A DNA stretch of 63,784 bases, the filler included, from Reticulomyxa filosa (Eukaryota; Protista; Foraminifera): NCBI GenBank assembly GCA_000512085.1. It is 20 parts of 20 records of this genome, joined end to end, with 100 filler letters (N's around TTAATTAATTAA, not from the genome) between each part and the next. Parts side by side here need not be neighbours in the genome. Positions count along the whole stretch, not along the records: positions 19,583 to 27,205 come from ASPP01027832.1; positions 27,306 to 35,780 come from ASPP01000030.1; 18 more parts are not named here. One strand, 5' to 3'. The position numbers and the translations under genes were made by a program. The notes under the pieces were generated by a model. The model was not told where the DNA came from. It made no database searches and worked only from the letters and a program-made list of their open reading frames with translations. Positions 24,081-35,880 of the stretch are shown here, in pieces (positions within the stretch are counted from its first letter, which is position 1; every line of letters starts with the position of its first letter).

Positions 24081-27000
24081 CTATAAACGGATAGTTCTGT
24101 CATCTGAGCATGATACAATTTTTGAGCTGTCTGGTGATAATTCCATTCCAAATATAGATCCAGTATGTCCTTCTAAGGATTGGATTTGTCGCCCTGAAGA
24201 TGCATCCCATATTCGAATAGTCTTATCGTCTGAGTATGAGATAATTTTAGAAGCATCAAGTGAAAAGTGTACTTTTCTGATATAGTCCGTATGTTCCTCT
24301 AATATTTGAAGTTGCTTTCCAGATGATGCATCCCATATTCGAATTGTATTGTCAAATGAACATGATACTATTTTGGAGCCATTCGGCGAAAATTGAACCC
24401 CTTTTACGGCCTCTGAATGTCCTTCCAATAATAGGAGCTGCTTTCCAGATTGTCTCATCATTTGAACAGGTTATAATTTTTTATCATTTGGTGAAAATCG
24501 TGAGGTGTTCATATAATCGACAAAATTTTGGAACCATCAGGTGAAAATTGAATGTCCACTCAACAATAAAAGTGGCTCTCCAGATGATACATCCCATATC
24601 TGAATAAACTTATCCCGATGACATGATACAACTTTCGATCCATCAGGCGAAAATTGTATCTCCTGCACCAATTACTTGAAGTTGTTTTCCAGACAATACG
24701 TCCCATATTCGAATCGTTTTGTCGACCGAATATGAAGCAATGCAGGTACCGTCTGATGAAAATTGGACTCGATATACACCGTGTGAATGCCCGTCTAATA
24801 ATTGGACCTGTCTTCCAGATACCACATCCCACAATCGAATATTTATCCCAAGAACCACCAGGCGAAAAATGTACTTTATTTACACTGTCCAAGTATCCTT
24901 CTATTAGTTGCATTTTTCGTCCCAATGCTACATCCCATATTCGAATAGTTTTATCGCCTGAGCATGATAAAACTTTCGAGCCATTTGAAAAAAATTGAAC
25001 TCCAGTTACATGTCCTAAATGCCCTTCTAATATTTGAAGCTGATTTCCGGATAATACATCCCAGATTCGAATTGTTCTGTCATCCGAGCCAGATAAACTT
25101 TAGAGCCATCAGGAGAAAACCGAGCTTCCTCCACATAATCTGAATGACCTTCTAAGACTTGGAATTATTTTCCAGACATTATATCCCATATTTGGATTGT
25201 TGTATCTGCTGAATAAGACAAAAGTTTTAGGTTATCAGATGAAAAGTGAGCACCATTTACATTCTTTAAATGTCCTTCGAATATTTTAATTTGTCGGCCT
25301 GATGACAAATCCCATATTCGAATAGTCTTATCATCGGAACAGGATACAAGTTCCGATCCATCTGCTGAAAATTGCACCACATTTATAGGTTGTGTGTGTA
25401 CCCTTTAAATATTTAAATTTATTCTCTGGATGACACATCCCATATTCGAATATTTTTGTCCCAAGAACACGAGACAGACTTTGATCCATCCGGAGAAAAT
25501 TGCACTCTGCTTACAACATCAGAATGTCCATCTAGAATTTGACAAATCCCATATGCGAACACTTCTATCCCATGAGCCTGAAACAACTTTTAATCCGTCT
25601 GGGGAAAATCGTGCTTCGAGGATCCATCTTCCATGTCCTTCTAATGATTGAATTTATTTTCCGGATAGTACAATCATTTGAACATGACACAATTTTAGAG
25701 CCATCTCGTGAAAATTGCACTCGATTTACGCTCTCTGTATGTCCTTTTAAGTAGGCATACTCACCAAAGTAAATGCCATTCATCAATGCATTTGTAAAAT
25801 TTGCCTTGTTCAAGAAAGATCGATAAAAACTAACATAGTCTAAATTTGCATTTTGGAAGTCGGTTCCTTTGAGGAATGCATTGTCCAGAGTCGCATGTGG
25901 TATTTTTATACCATTCCAATCTCGATAATGCATATTAACATTTGCTGAATTGAGTATAGTAATTGCGTTTGCTGCTGCGACACTAACTTTTTCATTTTAT
26001 TTTTTTTATGCTTCAATGATTCTGAATAATCTCGGCTTTAAACTTGAGAACATTGGATCAGTGTAATATTTTTTATTTTTGGATTTCATTTTTGCAAATT
26101 TTTCAATGTAATTGTGCATTTGTTGTTTTGTGAATGGTCATAAATATATGATGGATGTTATAATTTGATTTTGGTTTTCACTTATTAAAATGATTTTGAT
26201 ATCATCTTCATTCAATATACCACTTCGACAAGTCACAATAACTTTCGCATCTCATTGACTCAAGTTGAAGCGATCACTTTTGCTATAGACATCAAATATT
26301 TCATCAAACCCATCCATGATAAATATAAAAGTCATTTTTTCATGAATTACATCCATAATTTCCTTGCTAATATTTTTACCTTGTAATGCTTGAAAAAATG
26401 ATATCTTGTTCATTTTGTTTGTTATAAACCTTTGGAAATGAAATGTAAATAGGAACCAGTTTTTTTTTAATTCAATGTATACGACAAAATATACTTTTTC
26501 TTGACCCTGATCTTCCCTGGATTATCATTACTTTTTTTTTTCGTCTTCTCTTAAAAATTCAATGACACATTGATGACAATTGAATGTTTCATCACCATCT
26601 ACATGTGGATAGTTATTCGCTTGCAACGGAATATATGTTTCAAGCGCTTGTGTTAGCGTGATATCTTCTTTCATTTCTAATTTTCTTGCTTCTTGTAACA
26701 ATAATGTAAAATCCGCACAGCTTGCAGGATTCTTGTCTCCGATAATATATTTTTTGTAATACTCGTACAAAACCACATAGATTGCTTTACCTTTTATTTT
26801 CTCTGAAGTGAAATTGCAAAGCTGGTCATATGTAAATTTTGCCATTTTTAATGGCATGTTGCTATTTATTTCTGTTTCAGTTTTCTTGGACAATTGTGGT
26901 GGTTTCAATACAACAATATCTGAATGCGCTTTGTAACGGTCTGTGATTTTTTGTATGGTCTTATCATCAATCCACTCACAGATGATATCATTGATCTTGG

Positions 27001-27205
27001 CTGTTTTAATTCTTCTTCTGTCCCCGAATTCTTTGGCTTCCACGTTCGGAAAAGTTCATAAAGAGAGTGATTCAAGGTTGCTTGCATCTCCACATACACG
27101 CCATGTTTGGGTACATATAATTTAATGTTGTGAATTCGATGATGGGGTTTTGGATTGCTTTTCAAAGAGATCTTTGTCTTTGGACACAATCAAATTAAAC
27201 TTGTG
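24081..27205 (-). pseudogene. NLR-like STAND gene (putative RelA/SpoT-type NTase + NACHT + pentapeptide repeats + WD40 repeats), pseudogenised, 5' truncated
   Basis: Walker A remnant IIQGRSGSRKSIFCR (~26480-26527), LVPIYISF, Walker B FIFIMDGFDEI, sensor KVIVTCR, then AAANAITILN, pentapeptide-like ATLDNAFLKGTDFQNANLD..LNKANFTNA and more than 10 WD40 units. Many stops, frameshifts and deletions. Confidence 0.85.
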
Positions 27206-27343
27206 NNNNNNNNNNNNNNNNNNNNNNNNNNNNNNNNNNNNNNNNNNNNTTAATTAATTAANNNNNNNNNNNNNNNNNNNNNNNNNNNNNNNNNNNNNNN
27301 NNNNNTTTTTTTTTTTTTGTTTAAAAAAAAAAAAAATTTGAAG

Positions 27344-29699
27344 AGACTAAACGCCTACGAATCTTGGCTGGCAGAATTAGTAGGAGAAAAAAAAGTATTT
27401 AGCCCAAGCATAACGGATTTTCTGATAAGCTTTCCTTCTCATCCAAAAGCGAAGAAACTGTATCGCAGCAAGCATTTGTTTTCATTTTGTTTGAATGTCA
27501 CACACAACGACCTGCTGAGGGTGCAACAGTTCAGTGATGTGACAGTCATTCCGCCAAATGATACTGACGACAGTGCGGAAGGTGAGTTTAGGTTGGGTCC
27601 GGATCGACAGCCGACTCTTGACGAGAGCGATAAAAGTAATGATCATGATAGCGATACGAAGCATCCCATTTTGAAAAAAGTGACACAAGCTTTGGCCTTG
27701 GGCTCCCAAACGAAACATGCCAATGGCGATGAAAAGCGAAGTGCTTCCGCCCCTGCTCCTCCTGTTGGCGTGTTGAATGGTCAGTCTGACAACGTTAGCA
27801 ATGACACCAACACAGCTACAACCAAACAACAAAAACACAGTCAAGAAAGGGAAAGTGGCGGCGCTATTGAAATGACCAATCGCAGTTATCTTCCAAACTT
27901 ATTGGAGGTACCTTCTCGCGATCCCAATGCGACCACTCACAATGCGGATGGCGGCCATGCCGCAAGTGAGGACATAACAATAGACCGTACTAATAGACCG
28001 ATATGGACGACATTAACGTTTGACAGCTTCTTCAAAGAGGCAAAACTCAAAAACAAAGGCAACAGAAATAAGAGAGGTCCAGATGGAAAAAATGTCAAGT
28101 ACTTGCAGTCGTGGATGAATCATTGTGAGGCCGTGGACCCATTATGGAAAAAACTACGAATGCTTGGAAGAAAAACCAACGATCCGCAGTTTATGCAAAA
28201 TCATATCACACTGTGGGCGTTTGATATCAACAAAGGGAAGCCCACAGTCATGGATGACAAATCACTGAAGCAACTCTCCAAAATTCTTGCCGCTTATGTG
28301 ATGAGATATGTGCTATCCAAAACTGCATTGCAAGATGAATCAAACAGTGAAAATGATAATGAAAATGATAATGATAATGGTAATGATAATAATAATGATG
28401 ATGATGACGATGATCATGACCATGATGACCGTATTCAACCGATCCATGATGATAATAATAATAATAATAACAATAATAATGATGGTGATAATGCGCGTCT
28501 CTACATTGATGGAGACAACGAAGAAAAAAAAAATGAGAAATATAACTCGTCTGAAAAAAGGTGATCAAAAGCAAGAACATGAATACAAAACTGTTATGTC
28601 CATCAGCGTCTTGTCATCCCATTCAACAACGGAAAACAAAGGCAATGATGCACGCCATCAACATCCTCACATGGGAGATGACAAAATAAAAAGTGGTAAA
28701 CGCGTTCGTGGCTACTTGATCGAGAAAGATTTTTGTAAGTTGTTTGGACGTGGAAGAAGATTTGAAGCGCGTCATGCCTTTCGAAGATTTGATGGTGGAC
28801 AAAGAGGAAGGATCACTTATGCGAATTTACATCGGCGCCTCTATCGCTTCTTAGCGGATACCATCAACGCTAGACAAACTGTTTTGAATTCTTTGTTTTT
28901 ATTTGTATTTGTGAACTTTAAAAAATATATATGTATATGTATATTTATTTATTTTACCATAATATATACCCTGCGTTTGTTTGTTATGTTCAAGTATAAT
29001 TCATATCAAGACATTCTCGAAAATTTGGATGCAATTGTCAGCCTTTTGGTCTTTTTTGTCTCGTGCTTTGTGTTTTTGTTGATATTCCGTTATGATGTTG
29101 CCACTGCGATTTCAATGTATGCATCAGTACTTGCATTGATGTTGATATTTGGAAGCAGCGCTTTAACTAGTGTTATCAACGGTGTGATTTTAATCTATTT
29201 AATTCAGCCATTCAGTGTTGGAGATGTTGTTAATTTAAATAACAATCGCTACACTGTGAAACAAATGGGATTGACATCCACATTCTTTGAAACAAGTTGG
29301 GGCACTCCTGCAATTTGGTCCAACACCCAGATATTAAATTACTTGCAAGGAATGCTCAATTTCTCTAAAAGTCGAAGTGAAACTCATAACATTGAGTTTT
29401 ATGTTTCACAAGAAACTACCAATAAACAATTGGAATCATTCAAAAAACTCTTTATGATTTACATTAAACGTGTTATGCCAATGGTTTCTAACGACAATGT
29501 CAAGATCGTATTTTTTGAGTTGGATAACATGGGAAGGACTCGTGTTTGCTTGTGGATTGAGAGTTTGTTTTCCTTTTCTAATGGCAGAGCACGTTGGTCA
29601 CAACATAGTGAAATCATATTTGGAGTTCGCAAAATTTTGGAAGATCTAAATATCAAAATGTATTGGCCATTACCGTCAAATTTTCCTGCCACATCTTGA
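27344..29699 (+). CDS. MscS-like (MSL) mechanosensitive channel, 5' partial
   Basis: PFSVGDVVNLNNNRYTVKQMGLTSTFF...IWSNTQI..NFSKS MscS core, TM helices, and an EF-hand-like EARHAFRRFDGGQRGRITY as in eukaryotic MSLs. One indel at ~28555; probable intron 28881-28994. Confidence 0.88.
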
Positions 29700-30186
29700 A
29701 TTTCAACATAATTGGACTCATTTTATGTTCCATCTTACTGAAGAGATACAACAAAAATAATTTTTATCTCATAATTTGTAAAAAATTAAATACTTTGTGA
29801 CCATCTTTTGAGTATAATGGCTTATATGATTTTTTTCGATACAAATTATTTTGCTTGACGAATATTTGAACAAAAAACAAATCAGAAAAGACATTGGAAT
29901 ATGCCAAGGTTCTGAAAAGAATCACACCATACTTAATAAGCACATTATTTTTTTAAAAGTCGATTGATATGTCAAATAGAATATAAATCCACAAAATTGA
30001 ATTAAAATCTTTTTCGTGAATCATCGCTAAATCTTTCCCAAAAAAGCATTGTTGTTGATAAACAAGATCCAGAAATCAACTTTAAGTAATTTTTTGAGAA
30101 CGAACGGAAATCAGCAACACTAATATCATATAATTTTCAAAAGACAATTGCAAAGATTTGATAAAAAATGAAAACTGATAGCCAGA

Positions 30187-30670
30187 TTATCTACCTTCCA
30201 ATTCACTTTCATGGCAGCAATTTAATGCTGCAATACTCTTAAGAAACTCTTTGATATGTCCACGTTTTACTTTGAGCTCTTTCAAATCATCGCTATCCAT
30301 ATTTTTGATTATATCCATTCGATCAAATCCACCATCAATAAATACATCGAGATATTCCATTTGTTTTATTGAATATAGCCAATCTTTGACTTCTTTTAAC
30401 CATAAATCTTTCATACGTTTTGTTTCATTTTCATGTGTCGAATCTGTTTTTCTATTTCCACTTTTTTTTTTGCAATCTAATTTTTCTTTTTCTTTGACCT
30501 TTGTTTTGCCTTTTTTATCTTCTTTATTATCATCACTTTTTTCTTTCTTCGATTTAGATTTTTTCTTTGATGTTCTTTCACTCGTATGTGAAGATGTACT
30601 GTTTTCTTCTTTTTTTCCTTCTTTATCTAATCCTTCAGTACTTGATTGTGTCTGCGTCAAACTCTATTTA
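30187..30670 (-). CDS. C-terminal exon with SAM domain
   Basis: EVKDWLYSIKQMEYLDVFIDGGFDRMDIIKNMDSDDLKELKVKRGHIKEFLKSIAAL after a K/E-rich linker. Confidence 0.78.
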
Positions 30671-30759
30671 GTTTAAGGCATTTATCTAATTTCAATTTCT
30701 TTAGAAATTAAATAATTATTTTTTATTTTGTTAAATATTTTGTTATATGTATTTTCTTT

Positions 30760-32911
30760 AAATTAAATTATTATTGGATTAACAACATACAGAAGTAAAT
30801 TCAAAATAAACATTCCCGTTCTTGTCAACACATCGAATTTGGTCCGTCTCAATATGCAAGAATGGATCAACCATACAAATATTCTTCCATTATATTTTAT
30901 TTCAAATTGTGTGTATGAAAATTTTCTCCATTTTGCAATTGTATGCAAATATTAGAAATCTAACAAAAATATACACAAATACATGAATATTGTGATTGTG
31001 AGATAATTCCGAATCTAATAACATTTTACAGTTCAACATTCCATTTGTCCATGGCAGCTTATCTCTGTTAACTATGCAATCGGCAAGTATAGCTTTTGCG
31101 TCATGTGCTTGGTAGTTGTTTGCAAAAAATAATACTTTGAAAGTTTTTTCATCATGATCACGTTTGACATATTTGGATAAGTCAAAATGGAGATATTTCA
31201 CAAGTGATCTATATTGTTCAACGCATTCCAGACCACTCCGTTGAATTATTGCTTCAAAAATGTGTTCTTTGTGACATTTATGTGAAAATCCATTCATTGT
31301 CAAATAATTCTATAGTTCAAATTTTAGTTTAAACAATTTAAAGAAATGCGATTGTCGATATCGAAATTTTTCATATTGATGTAATTTTTTTCTTAACTTC
31401 ATAAACAGTAACCGATACAACTCTGTTCTGAAAAAAACGATTATGGAAAGTATTTGCGATATGAACCAACAATTTCTTGCACATTTCACGTTTTTGATGA
31501 AAATTTCATTAGTCGAGTCAAATCCAATTTCAAATTCACGGATTACATTTGGTTCAAAAATATCCACCAATTCAAGACCTAACCCAAATAAGTAAAGTCA
31601 AATATTTGCCTACAATAAAAATATTTTTCATAAACACAACTGTGCTTCTTCAATGTTTTCCGAATAGCTTTCATGTCCACACAGCTTTCCAGATTTGTTA
31701 ATGTCATTCCTGGATAACGTCCATGAGGAGATGTAATAGTCTATTGTGATTTCATTAAATTTTTGTGAAATACATTATGTTGTTAATCTTTCATCAACTG
31801 GTAGCACAACAATATGCACGAATCAAGATTATTAATCCACAAAAATATAACTGCTTGTAAGTCTGATATGTAATGAGCGTAAACATTTGGCAATACATGG
31901 CATCTGTCGCAAGTTCCATCATTAAATTCTAAATGTTGACGAATCCAGCACAATTCATTCTAAGATAATTATAAAGGGAAAAATAAAGAATTCAAATCTA
32001 TGCACCATATGATAAGAAAGCAAAAACAAACCAGCAAAGCACTAAGCATGTTGGAAGGTACACAATAAGTTTCTTGGTCATCCCATCGTCTAGGTTTTTT
32101 AAAATCTACATTAGAGTAACGCGATCTTAAAATTGAAGTTCCAGAAATTCTTCGTTGTTTAATAGTTGTCATTGCAAAATTTCCTTGGCCAAATACTTCG
32201 CCTAATGCTTCAAATATTTGATCAAGAGAAAGTCCATTCTCAGGAAATCGGTGCCACATGAATACATTCAGGATTCGATCTTTTACACTCTATGATATGC
32301 ACAAAAACTAAACTAAAATCCTTAATGATAAAACAAAGTTTATATAGGATCACATAAGACAAAGGTCGAACCATTGGCGGCAAAAGGTTCTATTCACAAA
32401 AAACAAAATTATCATAGCTTCAATTGATTTAAGGAACATAAACAAACACAATGAGGTATCAACTTGCACTTTTTGAACTGGAATCTTGAGCCTTGAACAA
32501 CAGCAATTTTGAATATTTTGATGAGGGCAAATGTCACCGATCTGAATTGCACGTTGCGTTTTTCGTAAAGTATTGCCACAAGAACAAAAATAAAATAAAA
32601 AGAATTCATTAACATCTAATGTCAGCTTCACATTCCGATTTTCAACCTGTTCAAAGTAGAAGGCAATTTTTTTTTTTTTTACTTCATTGATCACCCAACG
32701 CCAACAAAAAAAATTTAACTGAATAGGTAAAGTAAGGGAGATATTTGAGTTCATTTAGATTGGGAGAGTTTTCTTGAAATTTTGTCTCCCAAATTCTTCG
32801 AAAGTTTTGCAAGCTCAACGCAGGAACATCAAAAGGATCAAATTCTTTTTCAAGAAATACTTCAACTAATTTCTCCCCAATGTAAAGAGTGTTAGGAATG
32901 GTTGCTGACAT
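30760..32911 (-). pseudogene. Disrupted coding segments, possibly upstream exons of the SAM-domain gene
   Basis: Several protein-like frames on the same strand starting MSATIPNTLYIGEKL (32911), broken by stops; family not recognised. Confidence 0.35.
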
Positions 32912-33265
32912 CGCAGGATTCTATCTGCAATATGAATTTTTGATCAAAAATCGAGGACGAAAAACCCTTTGGTTCAGCCGAACCAAAAAACCATGTAAAT
33001 TTTGAATTTCAGTTCTACAGAAACATCTTTTATTATATGAATATTAATGTGAGAAATTTCGGTTGGATGAACTATATGACCTCGAAAATTTTTTAAAAAA
33101 ATATATGAAAAAAAATGGAGTTGTAGTAAAAAAAAAGGTTCAATGTCAATTATTCGATAGGTTGCTTGTGATGAAAATCGCGTCCATTCACAACTGTGTG
33201 AAGATAAACGACAACAATAAAAAAAACACAAGAACAAAAACCAAATGAACAAAGAAACAATCCCA

Positions 33266-35780
33266 TCACTTTGCCTCAGCAACTAATTCGCTCAAGGACA
33301 TTGGTTTCCAGTTATTATGTTTCTTGTCTTTGACAAACACACATTCGTCGGACAAATAAATAGTAGCGTTGCCAAATGTATATACTTGCTTCCCATCGAC
33401 ACCTGAAGAGCACAAAAGAGAATAGCAGTTAAAACAAGAAGAGCAAAGAAATAACAAATTGTAAATGAAAGAAGTTTCATAGAGAATGTATAAACTTTGA
33501 AAAGATTTAGGTTGAAACAATAGATGATGGCTTTCAGCAAATTCTTCAATTGTCTCTTTAAATGTGCGTTTGATATCAATTGTGTCTGTGTCCATTTTTG
33601 TGTCTGTTTTCGAAGAAAAAGCCACTGGAGGGGATTTGTTCTTCGTCTTTGGGACTTGTGTGTCCTGCGTATCAATGCTCATTGTCTCCAAAATCAGTTC
33701 TAACCGCGGCAATTCCTCGTGTTCAATGCAACAGTTGAACATGTCCAATGCTGTTGCAAACTTTGTTTTAATTAAAAAAACAAACCAAAGCAAATAACAA
33801 TAATAATAATAATAATAATTTATTGTCCTTTTTTTTTTTTTTTTTCAAACAAGCAAATAAAAAATGTAACATATTCTTCCACAGTTGGATCAATAGGATT
33901 TGGGATGGTGTCAACAATTTTCTTTCTCCAGACTTCATAAATATTGTTCCAAACGTGTTCAATTCTGCCCTCGTTATTTTCATTCAACCGCTTGTATATT
34001 AGTTCCAACCACATTGGCAACAGACCACTGAGACAATCAAAACAAAAAACACAGCATTTAGAATAATATAAGCATGCATGTACACATATGCATGTTGATA
34101 TTGAAATGACGTATAAATAAAAAAGATGAATTGTATGGCCATGAAAAGGTTTTTTTTTTTTTTTTTTATACCTTTCCAAAACAGAAATGAATTGCGGCAT
34201 AGTCAGCAAATGTTGTTGTGTCCATAAGACAACCTTATCAAACTTTTTCATTGGTTCAGTTTGATTGAGAGCGAGCGACCAAACTTGTTGAGTGCCAATG
34301 ACCGATTCCATTTGAATGGCACAGTATTTTAAGAAGTTGGAAGATTTCGGCATGACACAGTTTTTGATGATCCATTCGAATTCCTCCATATTATCATAGT
34401 ATAATCCTGGTTTCTTCCATTCCGTCAATGTTATCAGCCCTGCGTCACACAATTCGTCGTGCGTGGGTTTCCAACGTTGCACAAAGTATTGTTTTAATTT
34501 CGACCGAACCTTTGAACAGCACCAGTAGTATATATATATATATTATTACATGTTGAGGAGGGAGGAAGAAGAAGAAGAAGAAGAAGAAGAAGAAGAAAAC
34601 AAACAAAGAAAAGTAAAAAAAAAAAAAAAAAAATAGGAAAATGTACCAAAGATAAGACAGGTTGAATAATGTCTCGCGGAACCAGAAGAGGGTCCATCCA
34701 TAGACACAAACAGCGGACTTGTTCGACAGTGTGTTCGGGGTTCCAATGCTCTTGCACAAAGAGCTTAACGTAATGGACGACATATTTCTGCAGCATATCT
34801 CGATACAAGGAGCCAGGCAAGAGCGGCCGTAACTTTTGAAAGAACGTGGCATACAGTTGTGGTTGGGCGAATAGCGGATGCGAAGACAAGTGTTTGGAGA
34901 TGTAAACGGGATCTTGGTCGTCGATATCGAATATGTGTCTTTTCAACCACCACCCAAAGTAAATGTGTTCCACAAATTGGCGAAACAAGTCTTTCTTGTG
35001 TCGTCGGAAAGAGTGAAAATCATCATTGCTATCACTTATTCTTCTTCTTATTATTATTCTTCTTCTTCTTTTTTTTTTTTGTTGACTGGAAACGGAAGTT
35101 GGAGATATTGAAGAAAATGAGGAGGAAAGAAATGGTGGTGAATGAGATCTACTAATATCGTTGTCATCGTCCTCTTCTTCCTCCTCTTCTTTTTCTTCTT
35201 CATTTTCTATATTGTTGCTCATCGGCGTCATTGTCAGCAAAGGTTTCCATTCTTTTAAATACGATAGACCAAAGTCCGGGTCATGCAAAACGTCTTTCCA
35301 ATACATTTCAAACTCCCATTGGATTCGAGGAAATACAATCGTTGGGATCAACTTCCACAAGTCAAGTCGAATATACTCGCTCGAGTACTGCGTCTGTAGC
35401 TCAAGGAACTTGGACGCCAAGTCCTTGCTTGAGCAACTGGAAACATTCACGCTCGTATTGACATTCTCATTTCCATTATCATTATTATTGTCATTGTCAT
35501 TGTCATTATCATTGTCATTGTCATTGCCATTGCTATTGCCTTGAGATGGTGATTGATATAGTTTTGGTGTTCCAAATTTTTTTTGATTGGATGACGATGC
35601 ACGACGAAAATGATGACGTTTTGATGGTCGTTGAAATGAACTGTCAGCCATTGGATGAGCATCTTCATCCACATCATTTTCATGTTCATTTTCATTGATA
35701 TAAATAGTTTCACTTTCATTCTTATCACCATTTTTTTTATCCTTTGCTTTGATTTTTTCTTGTTGTTGTTGTTGTTGTTG
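33266..35780 (-). CDS. TFIP11: Tuftelin-interacting protein 11 / Ntr1-like spliceosome disassembly factor, 5' partial, multi-exon
   Basis: GCFC-like segment LWKLIPTIVFPRI...W..DPDFGLSYLKEWKPLL and C-terminal FKETIEEFAESHHLLFQPK...DGKQVYTFGNATIYLSDECVFV...WKPMSLSELVAEAK. Confidence 0.8.
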
Positions 35781-35880
35781 NNNNNNNNNNNNNNNNNNNN
35801 NNNNNNNNNNNNNNNNNNNNNNNNTTAATTAATTAANNNNNNNNNNNNNNNNNNNNNNNNNNNNNNNNNNNNNNNNNNNN

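Noticed and set aside
28248-28580. His/Tyr-rich ORF (also 57849-58142 poly-Y and 39100-39336 poly-C)
   Set aside because: Alternative-strand readings of AAT/GAT/GCT microsatellite-like coding tracts.
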